64,000 nt of DNA. It comes from Saccostrea cucullata. Taxonomy: Eukaryota. This document shows positions 37,578 to 50,433 of the stretch, piece by piece; the first letter of the stretch is position 1, and each line of letters opens with the position of its first letter. The DNA lies in contig NW_026928293.1 of assembly GCF_032062105.1 (NCBI RefSeq), forward strand, positions 62,001 to 126,000, in the 5' to 3' direction. The notes beneath the pieces were generated by a model. That model saw nothing but the letters and a program-made list of their open reading frames with translations, had not been told where the DNA came from and did not search any database. Made by a program: the position numbers and the translations under genes.

Positions 37578-39467
37578 ATCAGTTCAGTATTGAAAAGTTT
37601 AAATATAAAGGTGGGTTCAGGGGTTGGGCGGGGTTATTTGAACAAACTTTAATCTATATTTTTTCATGCTTTATATAGATGATCAATCATGGGTTTAATT
37701 TGCTGTTCTTGTGAAGAATTTTAATGATATTTCTTATGTATGCCTACATTAAAAATTAAATTGATGTGGCCCCACTTTAATTTAAGTATTTAATTCCGAC
37801 CACAAACTTTTTTCTTTTGATTATCTAATAATATAGTATACAGGTCCTTGATTTATACAATAATTAATTTGGCAAAAAGTCTTTTCACTTGATCCCTTGG
37901 AAGTAGTAGTACGAATCTTAAATATATCGACCAAGATGTAGTGCTAGACTGGCTTGCCGATCCTCGATAATCATATATAGTCGTTTCGTAGGAATGAGAC
38001 AGGAAATGCCTGTCTAGATGTTCAGCATGAAATGAAATCGGGTTTGGCATACAATAAAATCTAAACTGTGATACAATGTTTACAAAAAAAATAGTGAAAA
38101 TTTATACTGGGAAAAATCATCTCAAGCAACGGTTCTGGAGTCCGCATATAGGTACATTTGGATCGTGATTTGTGACGATGACTAGGAAAAGGATTTACTA
38201 CTTTTCGCTGACTCCATTCGATACCAAAGAAGCGTGTGCCCACCAGGTATATCAAAATAATGTGCATCATATACGATAAAAAAGGCTAGCATGTTTTTTC
38301 TTTAATTTAATCCATTGTAACAATGTTTGTCGTATTCACAGATTACAGTATTCTAATAATATCCCCCTTAGACAGGCCTGACCATTAACATGCTTAATTA
38401 AGGTGTGTTTGGTTTTGATGATTCATATGTCCATATCCAGATCTCTGCATGCCATTCGCTACAGTAGTTACATATACCAGTAGTAGTTAGTTGGCAGACA
38501 AATCTGGATAGAGAACGATCTGGGCGTGTTTGTACATTTAAAGAATGTAGATAGCATTTTACTTACTGTAGAAATAACTGTAAGACAATGCACTAAGATC
38601 CTGTATTTATATTCATAGACATCCCCCATCTCAATTGTTAAAAAAAAAATTATACATCTAAGATGTACATTTTTGCTAACAATTAAGATGGGGAGTGCCT
38701 ATGATGTTATTGTCCTGTAACAGAAGGCTGGTAACAAAATTGAAAGGTCAGAGATGAGCAATATGCAATGAATGACTCAATATTATTAATGCAGAAAACT
38801 CAAAACTTCCAGAACAAAAGATTAAATTTACTTGAAATGGAGACTTTGGGATTAAGCAAACTTATCAGCTGCAGAAAAATAAAAGAAAGACGTTTTCAGG
38901 ATTTTATGCCACAGTAGCAACATAATGTTTTACAACTAATTTTGACATATGACCTGACTACATCAATGTATAAATTCTCTTTAATTCAGCATTCCAAGGG
39001 GAAGAACTTGACCTCTACATTTGCCAGATCTCAATTTTTATGCCTTTTTCCATGGTAATTCTTAGAAGGAGGGTCTAAAATCCTTTGCCAAACATACTGA
39101 TAAAGCTAAAAAAAAAAAAAAAAGAAACCATATACAATCTCAAATGAGAATTGTCTTATCAAAAAATGTTTGACAAGATTAGAAACATTTTAAAAAGCAA
39201 CATTCTTCTGGAATTAAAATAGGTAAAGATCATTCAAAATATGTGGGTTCTTGACAAGATCTGAATTTCAGCTGTTGTTTCATATTTAAATAGCCAACAT
39301 CGGAACTATTATTTCGTCTTTAATTCCGTCGCGGTTTTAATATTTAGTGTGTCTAACGAGATCTCGTTTTTGGCGTGAACTTGGGCAACATTTTGTAAAC
39401 AAGGACGCGCTGCTGAACTTGTCATGTCTTATGATGTCAAATAACCGCGTCTTACCTACAAATAACC

Positions 39468-42210
39468 ATGGTAAATTACCATTGTATTGCCGTGGGATGT
39501 AACAATGACTCCAGGAAATCTAACTTTATTAGTAAAAACCCGCATATGGTAGATAAAAATGGAAATGTTGTCACTTTTTATGTATTGCCGTCCGCAACTA
39601 AAAATCCAAAACTTCGGCGCCAGTGGATAAATACACACGGTACTAGGTCGTAAAAATATATAAACCTAGTAACACAGATCATTGGCACGCAGTATGCTCC
39701 AGACATTTTGTAGATGGAAGACCCACTGACACTAACCCAATACCAACTTTATTTGAATATAATAACTACATGCATGACCAGGCCCAGGGTAACAAGGAAA
39801 AAGGAAAACATTGAAACTTCAAAATACAAAAGTACTTCATCTTCCCAGGGGTTTGTATTTTAGCTTCTCGATCAATGATAATTTTACATAAAAATGTGAA
39901 ACCCATATTTCTATTATCAGATTATTAGGCCAAACGAAAATATATTCTTGTTTCCTGTTCCCTGACCAAAAAAGAAATAGGGTAGGTAGGTAGGGAAAAA
40001 ATTATTTTCAAAGCTCAATGGATGGAGAATATGTATCATGTAATAACAAGAAAACAGTATGTTTACACTTTACAGAGCAGGTTTATTAATAAAGATTTAT
40101 AAAATAAATTAAGGTATCCTGTGCACTTTAGATGTATTAGCTCTGTTAATGTTGTTGGGTGACTTTAGTATTTCAGGAAAATAGCCCCCCCCCCCCCCCC
40201 CCCCCCCAAATGAATATAAAAAATAATTAGGGTTGCAGGCTAAAATGTTAGGGTAGCTCGGGTGACAGGAAACAAGAGTACATATTAATTTTTCGCGTAA
40301 AGAATATATTCAATATAATTTGCATGAATAATCAATATCTAAATTTCATTCAGAAACACACACACACAAGTATCTTTTTATATCGCATGAATTATGTTGT
40401 AATAAAAACTGTTAATCAAACATTTTACATGCAGAAATGAAAGTCACTCTGAAGGAAAAAAACAAAGGACTTCACAGACTAGTGTATTTGTCCAGCCAGT
40501 ACCAGTGGCAGAGTTATATCAAGGCATACAGCATGAAATCATTATTCCTGACAAGGAAGGAGGAAAAGGTTGGAAGACACAGTTTTCTTAAAAATAACTA
40601 AATACATAACACTTCTTTGATTTTGTTTAAAAAGTTTGTCATTTATCTATGTTTTTTTTCTATTATCAGAAATGTCTGGATTAAAGAAACTTGCATAATC
40701 AATAATAACAAATATACCCCAAAAGATCATAACCAGTATATTTTCATATGCATAAAAATATGCTTTTGTATATGTATTTTTCTTTCACAGTTCCAATTAC
40801 AACTGATACACCTTATTCCCTACCTGGTATCATGCAACATGACCACCCATATGTAGCGAGTCCTATGTCAGGTTCATCTCATCTTAGTGACACAGACTGG
40901 GCAGATGCTGATACCCAAATAACAAATTTGGAACATGAAAATAGGCATCTGAAGGTATTTTTACAGCAGAGCAATTGTTTTTTTTAATTATTTCATGTTA
41001 TGTCACATAAATACATGTACAGGGTGTTTGAGCAAATATGTATTCTCTATTGTTTTTAATGTTTGTTTAAAAAAAATTTAATGTGTGCTTAACTTTGTAG
41101 GTTCATTGTGAACAACTCGAGGAGAGGATAGTGGCTTTTCAAGAGGAAAACACACAACTGAAAAATCAGTTAAATGAAAGTGAAAGACAAAGAAAGGAAG
41201 TTGAATCCAAACTTCTAAACAAAGACAAACTTTTCCGAGAGATTTTAATAGATAAACTAACGAAGTGTGACAACCATGTAAGACTTTTTCTTGGGCTGCC
41301 TTCTCTTCTGTTTTTAAAGGGTTTGTTCGACATACTGAATGGCGCAGCTTCCAGTATGAAGTATTGGACTCGTAGATCATCAAGTCATGAAAAAAAGTGG
41401 CACTCAGAAAATTTAAGGAGACCTGGGAAACAAAGAAAACTGCAGTTATTTGAAGAATTCATTTTGGCACTACTTCGTCTGCGTTTAGGCCTGAACACCA
41501 TGTTCTGTTCAGTTTTGTTTGGCGTGTCTCAGTCCACAGTTTCTTCCATATTCACCACATGGATGTGTTTCCTAGATCAGCAATTAAAACCATTACTTAA
41601 GTGGCCATCAAGGCAAAAAATAAAAAAGCATATGCCTCTTTCCTTCCGTTTAAAATACCCAAACACAAGAGTCATAATTGATGCAACAGAGATCTTTGTT
41701 CAACGTCCAAGGAATCCTTCAGCTCAGAGCAGAACTTGGTCAAATTACAAAAACAAGAACACTTTCAAAGCACTGGTTGGGATTTCACCAAATAGGGCCT
41801 TTACATTCATATCTGAATTATGGTCTGGAAACATTTCAGATCGCAGCATTACTCTGAGAAGTGGATTTCTAGATCTTATTCAGCGAGGTGATCATGTTAT
41901 GGCAGATCGCGGATTTCTAATTAATGACCTCCTTCTTCAAAGGGGAGCACAGCTGAATATGCCACCATTTTGTCGACCATGTCAGTATGGAAAAGGCAAA
42001 TACTTGACATCTAAACAAATTAAGGAGTCAAAAAACATTGCCTCATTGCGCATTCATGTGGAGCGTGCAATTCAGAGACTGAAAAGTTACAAATTCTTTG
42101 ATGGTATTATGTACATAAAATCATTGTCTGTTGCAAATCAAGCCTTACAAGTAGCGGGTATTTTTTGTAATTTTATGGCTCCCCTTGTCAGCAAAGTTCA
42201 GAAAAAATAA
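39468..42210 (+). CDS. THAP-domain / HTH / DDE_Tnp_4 (Harbinger/ISL2-like) transposase; THAP exon frameshifted
   Basis: Exon 1 39468-~39850 (CIAVGC...RRQW...VCSRHF...PIPTLF, split over frames); exons 40435-40568, 40791-40954 (DHPY motif) and 41101-42210 (coiled coil, HTH LRLRLGL..LFGVSQSTVS, catalytic IIDATE / MADRGF / RIHVERAI). Confidence 0.9.
39925..40300. mobile_element. MITE nested in intron 1 of the transposase gene
   Basis: Inverted ends ATATTCTTGTTTCCTGTTCCCTGACC / GGGTGACAGGAAACAAGAGTACATAT, flanked by TTA/TAA. Confidence 0.55.
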
Positions 42211-42569
42211 GATTTTCTAACTAAGTAAATAAAATACCATGATTATTGTTTGCAAGTGCTATAACATTACAAGTGCAACAACTTAAATTTTGTTGCAAAA
42301 GTTCATTCTTTCACATTATTTATTTGATATTTATATAGTTTACTGTTTTGACTGAAGGAAGTTTTATGTTAGTGTTATTTGTTATGTACTGTTATATTGA
42401 CATATCTATTATTACAGATTTACTGATTAAAAGTTTATATGAAGGACAAATCTTTTTTATCAGTGTTCCGTAATGCTGCACTAAGTCTGCAATATTCAAA
42501 GCATGTAGGAAAAAAATGACTGATTTGGATATGTTTTTGAAAAATTTCTTTAATTGCATAATAATAAAT

Positions 42570-44645
42570 TCAACTGATGATAATTTTTGGAAATATAAAT
42601 GTCTTATAAAACTTGACAATTTTTTGTTTCATACATCCCCATATTTGTCCATTGAAGAACACTCTTTCAGAAAAAATTCCTGAGTGTGTGTACAAAATAA
42701 AATCACAATAGGTACGCTTTGTAACAGCCATTTGACACATCATTTGACAATAATATGGTGAGTTACTGTTTTTCCTTAAAACAGGAAATCCATTTCTTAG
42801 TTCAAAATTTTTTAAATCACATGCTGCTGCCTCCTTTGGGTTTTTATCTTTATACTTGTATGGACATTTAATTTCGAGGCACCCTGGTAAACAACAATCA
42901 CACTCTAGTAAACCATCTGGTGAGGCACCAATGAAAGGAAGCTCATCATCGATTATCAGGCCTGCACTGGAATATCTTAGATTAGTGTGAATTTTCCCAT
43001 TTAACTCCAAATACATATCTCTACCTTTTGCTTCATATTTTCTACCATGTACAAGTGCAGGAATACAATTAGATTCTGAAGTAGCATATTTTTTACAAAG
43101 AATTTGTGTAACAAGGCTACCATTTTCATTCCGACCACTGAAATGCAGGCAGTTAAACACAGATGATGCAGTGATGCGACCTGCTCTTTGATGATGCCAT
43201 ACATCTGATGAGTTTTGACCAACTGTACATTTTGAAATTTTGACTGCAAGATTTCTGTCAAAATAAACTCTAAGACCATCAACAAATTCTTCAAAGGAAG
43301 CATTTGGATTCATCACATAAAAATTTTGAGCAAATTCAGTCACATTCTCACACACACTTTCTTCAAATTCATACTCAGAATCAGAACTATCAGATAGGGT
43401 ATATGCTGCACATGCAGCCAATTTTTCTGCTTTTAAAAGTTTGTATATATCTTTTTCAGTTCGATTGTTTAATTGTTCATTAGTAACAGGTGTGTATTCT
43501 TCATCACATGCCATGGGCTGAGGTTGGTTGTTTGGTTGCTGTCTTAGATCAAGGTCAGTAATTTTTACTGGTCTTGTTGACCTCACAGGATTTGTCCACT
43601 TAGCCTTTTTATCAGTGACACCAATCTCTGTTCGATCATTCAGTCCTAGGCAAAATTGTTGAAGTCCAAACAGCAAAGCAGCAATATGCTTACATGTACC
43701 ATCACCACTACAAAAAAATTATGGTACTGCTATTTATATTATGAAGTCAAAATTTGCCATCTTTATTCATGCTTTGATACCTTTGCTATCGTTTAAAAAA
43801 AATACCATTTATACATGCAGAATTTTAATTTTGCGAATCGTTGAATGCTTTAAAAAATATATTATACTTTTTTAAAAATCATTACAGCTTTTCTTCTAGA
43901 GAACAGTTAGTTATTTCCGCAATCTGATAATTTTTTCTTTTAAAAACATTGGATAGAAAATTCTGATCTGTATAAATATAAAATGCTTATAGAGCAGCCA
44001 ACATATAAGGAAAACACTGATATCATGTCACAACCTAGAATTATAATTTCAATCCAATGTTTTCTCAAACGTCCGCGACGAATTATTGTATAATAGATCT
44101 AGTACATACGCAACACATGTGCACTCTCCAGAGACAACTGTTCCATTCTCTTGTACCAACAGCCACATTTTGTAGGGCTCAGCTGTCTGTCGTTCCTCTG
44201 GAGTGGATGAACCTCTGATATAACAGAGATTAGAGTCGAGTTTAGACATGGCCACGTTACTAATGTGACCATTTGAATGCAAGCGGTAGCTGTTGTCGGA
44301 TTTGTAATTTTTCAGTCTTTCATTTGTCCACAGGCAACTGGTTTTTAAATAATACTGAATATCATACGCCTCAATGGACGGTATTTTATCTAAACAATCA
44401 TCCCATTTAATATTTGGGGAATTGGGATGTGGATATGTTACGCCATGGACAGTCCTACGTTTCAGTCGATCTGCAGATTCTTGTGCGAAATCGCATTTTG
44501 GCTGCAAATTTTGTCTACACGCTTCGCGAGCTAAGTCTAATAACTCATGTTTTCTGTAGCCCGATACCCTTATACCACGATCTGTCAAAAATTTCTTTAA
44601 ATCGGGCAAAGATTTTTGCACAAGAAATGATTCGTTCTCTGCCAT
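42570..44645 (-). CDS. SAP-like + SWIM zinc finger + YqaJ (lambda-exonuclease-like) protein, ~557 aa, 2 exons
   Basis: Exon 44645-44110 spliced (GT..AG, phase 2) to 43707-42570 rebuilds the SWIM motif ECTCVAGDGTCKH. N-terminal LPDLKKFLTDRGIRVSGYRKHELL is SAP-like. YqaJ motifs WHHQRAGRITAS, GRKYE, GASPDG, LEIKCP, YYCQMMCQM are intact. Confidence 0.92.
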
Positions 44646-44819
44646 TATTTTAGCTACCGATTTGTTTACAAAAGTTGCCCAAGTTACGCGTCATTTTTGT
44701 GACTTCTTTTTTAAAAGAGTTCCACAATTTTGGAGTTCCGATATTCCGTATTGGTAATTGCATGTACACAGTGAATTTAAATGGATAAATGCATTAAAAT
44801 GATGAGTACATCTGTCTTC

Positions 44820-45393
44820 ATCTTTGATGATTCAGGGGTATATAGTTTTTGCCCTGTCCATTCGTCTGTTTCACTTTGTCCACAAAAACATTAACCTTGG
44901 CCATAACTTTTGAGTGGAAGGGACTATGACTGTCATATTTCACAGGTGTATTCCTTGTGACAAGACCTTTCTTCTGGTACCACAAAATTGGACCTCTTGA
45001 TCTTGTTCGACCCAATTTTACAAAAAAAAATCAAACTTCTTTCGTGGCCGTAACTTTTGAATTGTTGGCACTAGGGCTTTCATACTTCATCTGTGTATTC
45101 ACTGTGGCAAGACCTTTCAATGGGTAAAATATTTTAACTTTTGACTATTACCTTTGAGTTTAACCAAGTTTTCAAAAACTTTAAACTTGTCCACAACTTT
45201 TGAACTGTTAGTACTAGGGCTTTCATATTTTACAGGTACATTGTGTATTCCTTGTAATGAGACCTTCCTTCGGATACCAACATGCTTGACCTGTTGACCT
45301 TGGAGTTTGACTTGCATTGCATTTGATAAACTTTTAATCCTCACCATAAGCTGCCATAGGGGGCATCACAGTATTTCACAAACACATCTTGTT
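44820..45393 (+). mobile_element. Helentron-type family B copy
   Basis: Colinear with 17678-18232; 3' end GGGGGCATCACAGTATTTCACAAACACATCTTGTT. Confidence 0.75.
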
Positions 45394-46045
45394 TTCTTAT
45401 GTTTGTGTCAAATTGTAAATTTAAAAAAATGTAACATGTAGGCCTATTATGAAACACTCTATAGGTTTACTATTACTCATTCGTTTTACACTATATGTAA
45501 AGCTAACTTTCTTTATATCCAAAGAACAAAGCAAAATCCTAGCATCCCATAGCATATCTATAAGTCATGGCAGCATTCAAGATTTTTCCCAATGCTAATT
45601 ACGTCACTTCCATTTCACACAGGACATAACACACACAAATGATTCAAGTTTAATTTAATACTTCTCAAACTAATTGATAGTTACTGGTGCTGGATTAAAA
45701 TATTTTGAGTTAAAAAAAATTGGAATATATCTTGATTTTTATCAAAATTATCAAAGATTTAAGACAGCAAAAATGGGGTCACGGAGCAGGGTTGAAATTG
45801 ACTCATTTACATAATAAACACTTCATAATCTTTATAGCCATACTTACCCCGGTAAACTCATATACTCTATCTATGTAATTGTATGATTTAGTTAACATTT
45901 TAGAGTCAGCAGTTGACAACAATTTTGAAAATTTGTAAGTCCCAGAGCAAAAGTGTGTTATTGTTCTTTGTGATACAGATGTATATTTACTTTACCAATT
46001 TTAATTTGTATTTCAGTTAGAGAGAATGCAAAAGAGCATCCAGCA

Positions 46046-47464
46046 ATGAATGTAGAGGAATCAACTGATTTTGGCAATCTGCCGATTGTCGTTTGGATTC
46101 GGGTATTGGAATATTTATCACTTAAAGACAGATACAGTGCATCTCTGGCGTGTTCAAACATTTACAATGCATTTAATCACCCCACACTATGGCAGAAAGT
46201 AACACTAGATGTAGGGGGAAGCTCAGGAAAACACAGAAACTTCCACTGTGTTAAAATTCCCAAAAGAAACTTTCTTCTCGTTCGTAGATTTGCAAAAATG
46301 TTCTATGACGTTACCTTTTTTATTTGTGAGCCCTTACATGTGAGCTTTGGAGAATGGAACACTGTTTTAGAAGAACACATCAAGGATTTTAAATTGGGTC
46401 ATCTAACATTGGATGTAGGTGGTTTGAGAAACAAACCAAATGTATCAGAAATGAAAATTCGTACCGAAAATATGAAGCCTATGGTAGACATAGTTAGAAA
46501 TCAGTCACATTTAAAGACTTTTGTCGTAAACTCATGGCCAGTATTTGCTAACTCCTTGCAGAATCCTGATGAAAATATATTTCAAGCTGTTATTGAAAAT
46601 AACAACATTAAAGGTCTGAGAAAACTAGGCTTGTTTAAATGCGATTCCACGGCTTGGTCTGTGCGAAGACCACATTTAATTTCATCAGAGTTGACTTTGA
46701 AATTGGTGGATCATTTCAAGAACTTGACCCATTTAGCCTTAAGATCGCCTATGATCACGTCAGATCTTATCTCGAGTCTATCATTGAGGGGTAGAGAGAA
46801 GCTTCAACAATTACACATAACAATTAATTTTATTCCTGAAGATGAATCCTTCAAAATGCCAACAGTGAATGAATCAGTTTGGAAAGATTTCTCAAGTTAC
46901 AACACGAATGTGAAAGTGAAAGTTTTGGTTTTGTCAAGAGCACCACATTACAAACTAGAGTGTTTCCTGAGGCCTTCCTGTCCTCTCTATGAAATAAAGT
47001 TTGGAGAATATATCAGAAGTGACAAGGAATTTATCGCTTACCTGGTGGATTCTTTCAATTCGACACTGGATACATTTGAATATAACGAAGAGGATGGAGA
47101 TTTTGAAAGAGAACTAGTTACTCTTGTGGAAAACTCAGACCAACTGTGTAGGTTAAAATACTGCGGCAAAATCAACTGTCAAAATGTTATACGTCTTGCG
47201 AAATTGAGAAAAAAGAACTGGGAGTCGTTTCACTTGATTAGAAAGAACATTTATAAAAAGAATGTCGAGAAGAATCCGGAAATGACCATTGACAGTGATC
47301 AAGTTATAGCGAAAAATAAGGATGGAGTGTATGTCCTTGTGGATCTAGTGAAATTTCACGAACAGGTTTCTATGTTAGACCACGAAGATGAGGAACAGAT
47401 AATGATTGAGAAAGTGTCCGAATATTTGGGTCGAGATTGGTTTCCTGACAAGTTTTATCAATAG
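46046..47464 (+). CDS. F-box protein with a probable LRR-like C-terminal region, 472 aa in one exon
   Basis: N-terminal F-box FGNLPIVVWIRVLEYLSLKDRYSASLACSNIYNAFNHPTLW; LxxLxL repeats (LRKLGL, LTHLAL, LQQLHI). An acceptor at 46016 with an open frame to the ATG means an upstream exon may extend it. Confidence 0.88.
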   Translation: MNVEESTDFGNLPIVVWIRVLEYLSLKDRYSASLACSNIYNAFNHPTLWQKVTLDVGGSSGKHRNFHCVKIPKRNFLLVRRFAKMFYDVTFFICEPLHVSFGEWNTVLEEHIKDFKLGHLTLDVGGLRNKPNVSEMKIRTENMKPMVDIVRNQSHLKTFVVNSWPVFANSLQNPDENIFQAVIENNNIKGLRKLGLFKCDSTAWSVRRPHLISSELTLKLVDHFKNLTHLALRSPMITSDLISSLSLRGREKLQQLHITINFIPEDESFKMPTVNESVWKDFSSYNTNVKVKVLVLSRAPHYKLECFLRPSCPLYEIKFGEYIRSDKEFIAYLVDSFNSTLDTFEYNEEDGDFERELVTLVENSDQLCRLKYCGKINCQNVIRLAKLRKKNWESFHLIRKNIYKKNVEKNPEMTIDSDQVIAKNKDGVYVLVDLVKFHEQVSMLDHEDEEQIMIEKVSEYLGRDWFPDKFYQ

Positions 47465-49004
47465 TCAATATACAAAGTTTACTGTGCGAGAGTTTACTCC
47501 CTAAAGGAAATATAATTACTGTCCAGTGAATTGTCCAAAGTTTTATATTATAGTCCATTATACGTAGTCAATTCAGAGAAGTTATTTAAGAAAAATTGAC
47601 TTAGGCAACCTTCAGAAAATTGTTTGGGTGTCCTCTCCCGACTTGATCTGAAAATATTGGATGGGTAGGTACATGAGAAATTTGTTATCTCAGAAAATAA
47701 TTTTATTTTAATTTCAAATCTTTAAATGTACCAAATGTTTTTTGCCCAAACGAATATTAAACAAAAGAAGAGATTTGATAAACTTGCGTAATTGTTGACA
47801 ATTCATGGACATGGGAATACTCTTTGAAGCCAAAAACGAAGATCAATAAGAAATTATGTGGACTCAAAGAAAAAAAAACTATCGTCTTATTATTGTAAAC
47901 GGAAGCAAGAGCTGCAATACCTGTATGTTTTGTTATTTTTTTTTCTTCAAATAATACATGTACTTGCAACCGAATGAAAGACTCTCAATGGTTACTTCCC
48001 TTACTTGTATGTTAAAATTTTACTTCCTGCAAAGGTCGATTTTCAGGGTATTTTTTTCCTTTACCTGACAATGCTGTTGCAAATTTGCAATAAGCATAGA
48101 GAAACGAATAAAATTTTGAAGAAAAAAGTTTACAGACCGTTTTCATCCCATGTATTACTAGTATCTAGATCTCAGCCATGTGAAATATTTTTTCCAAAAA
48201 GGCATGAAAACAATCAAAGAAAAATTGTGCAATACAAGATACTAGCTAGTATGTTATAAGAAGTTATTTTCATCAGTGTCTTTTGGGGCATGCATTACAT
48301 GGGTTTGCTGCTGTTTTCTGGCCATGTGTACAAAGACCTTGAATACATGCGGAAAATGTAGCTTCGAATGCTTTGAAGGATTGAAAATATTGAGAATATG
48401 TCGTTTTCTTACTTAAGGTGACATTTTTGTATTTTTTATTAAACAACCCTCGTAATCAAAGGGACGTAGTGTTTAGAAATGATTTCTCAAAAAAAAAATT
48501 GAAGATCCATTCCTTCTCATACTTTGCATTCATAATAATTTAAATAATTACTTTATATATGATCTTAATGAGCAAGGCATTTAATCAATCGGTGCTGGTG
48601 TGACAAGTCTACTGTTCTCTAGAATTCATCACTCTTATAGCTGGTGAGCTCTTTCAACATTATAATATGGTATCCCCATGTATGTACTAGTATCTCCATC
48701 AATAAATGAAAGAAAAAGTGAGCTAGCTCACATACCCCACGCTCCCCCAAAACTTGACAGTGATACACATAATGAAAGGCACAGCTAGTGCACTTTAAAT
48801 ACATAGTATAGATCAAAAAGGGCAATACATGTAATTGCAAAAAATTTTCACATCAAAATGTCTTGCATATGAGGACATTTAAATGTGGAATGAAGTTTCT
48901 AGATAAATAATGGAATCAAAATTTCTTGGCATTATACAAATCCAAACATTAATTTGAAGTGGTTGGGGGGGGTGGGGGGAGAAATTTTCTTGAATAATAG
49001 GCAA

Positions 49005-50020
49005 AACTCTTTGGGATAAAATAATGGAATATGTCCTAAATATCTGCATAGGTGGAAGAAACTATGTACAACAGTTTAAGAGGAGTGGTGCTGACAAACT
49101 GTTCATCTGTATATTCAAAATATGGCCAAAAAGTCTAAGTTGGAAAGTGTGGAAATTCCCGGAAAAATAAAGGAATCGGAATTTCCTGGTAATATGCACA
49201 TCTACATATTGTGTCCTAAATATCTGCAAAGTTTGACGAAATTCTGTGCTGTGGTTTATGAGGAGTTGCGCTGACAATCTGTTTATCTCTATATAAAAGG
49301 TATGGCCAAAAACCTAAGTATTTAGTGCGGAAAGTCCCAGAAAAAATAATGGAATCAGAATTTCCTGGAAATATGCACATCTACATATTGTGTCCTAAGT
49401 ACCTGTAATGTTTGACGAAATTCTGTGCAGCGGTTTATGAGGAGTTGCGCTGACAAACTGTTCATCTCTATATTCAAGGTATGGCCAAATGCCTGAGTTA
49501 AAAAGTGCGAATATTCACGGAAAAAATAATGGAATTGGAATTTCCTGGGAATATGCACATCTAGACATTATGTCCTAAATACCTGCAAAGTTTGACGAAA
49601 TTCTGTGCAGCAGTTTATGAGGAGTTGCGCTGACAAACTGTTCACCTCTATATTCACGGTATGGCCAAATGCCTAAGTTAAAAAGTGCGGAAATTCCCGG
49701 TAAAAATAATGGAATCGGAATTTCCTAGTAATATGCACATCTACACATTGTGTCCTAAATAACTGCAAAGTTTGACGAAATTCTGTGCAGCGGTTTATGA
49801 GGAGTTGCGCTGACAAACTGTTCATCTCTATATTCAAGGTATGGCCAAATGCCTAAGTTAAAAAGTGCGGAAATTCCCGGAAAAAATAATGGAATCGGAA
49901 TTTCCTGGTAATATGCACATCTACACATTATGTCCTAAATACCTGCAAAGTTTGATGAAATTCTGTGCAGCGGTTTATGAGGAGTTGCGCTGACAAAAAA
50001 AGAGGACTGACTGACGGACT

Positions 50021-50078
<58 letters not shown>

Positions 50079-50106
50079 TCCCGCAACTAGTTGCGTGGGG
50101 TATAAT
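49005..50106 (-). mobile_element. Helentron-type element (family E) with ~180-bp tandem array
   Basis: Five to six 180-bp units (ATGCACATCTACA...GAGGAGTTGCGCTGACAA), (GACT/GACG)n microsatellite, terminal hairpin TATACCTCCCGCAACTAGTTGCGTGGGGTATAA. Confidence 0.85.
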
Positions 50107-50433
50107 AAAACATAACAACAAAAATAGATTTTTAAAGTTTATTGGAAAAAAATCAACAAATATTTACAATATTAAAAAAAGAACATTTATATATAATATG
50201 CCATTAGAAAAATAATAAATAAAATAAATGGATAATGAAAAGGGGGAAAATGTAAGCAAAACGTAATTAAAACTATTTACAGTGATTCTATATGAACTAT
50301 GAAAGTGTAGTACCACCTACCTGTGTGACAATCTGTAGAAAAATATGATGGAAATACACCACCTAAAACCACGTCGTTAGGTACGTCACACGTCTTAGGT
50401 CAGGTGCTCAGTCACACAGGTAACAATGGAGGC

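Larger units (their letters stand above)
39292..44749 (+). mobile_element. ISL2EU-type (PIF/Harbinger-related) DNA transposon with two convergent genes
   Basis: Short imperfect TIRs AGCCAACATCGGAACT / AGTTCCGATATTCCGT flanked by AT (an alternative inner boundary 39301-44740 is also AT-flanked). Encodes a THAP+DDE_Tnp_4 transposase (+) and a YqaJ exonuclease (-), the gene pair that defines ISL2EU. Confidence 0.9.

Noticed and set aside
42570-43676. YqaJ ORF as a viral insertion or bacterial contamination
   Set aside because: It has a spliceosomal intron, host-like composition, and lies inside transposon termini together with the transposase.
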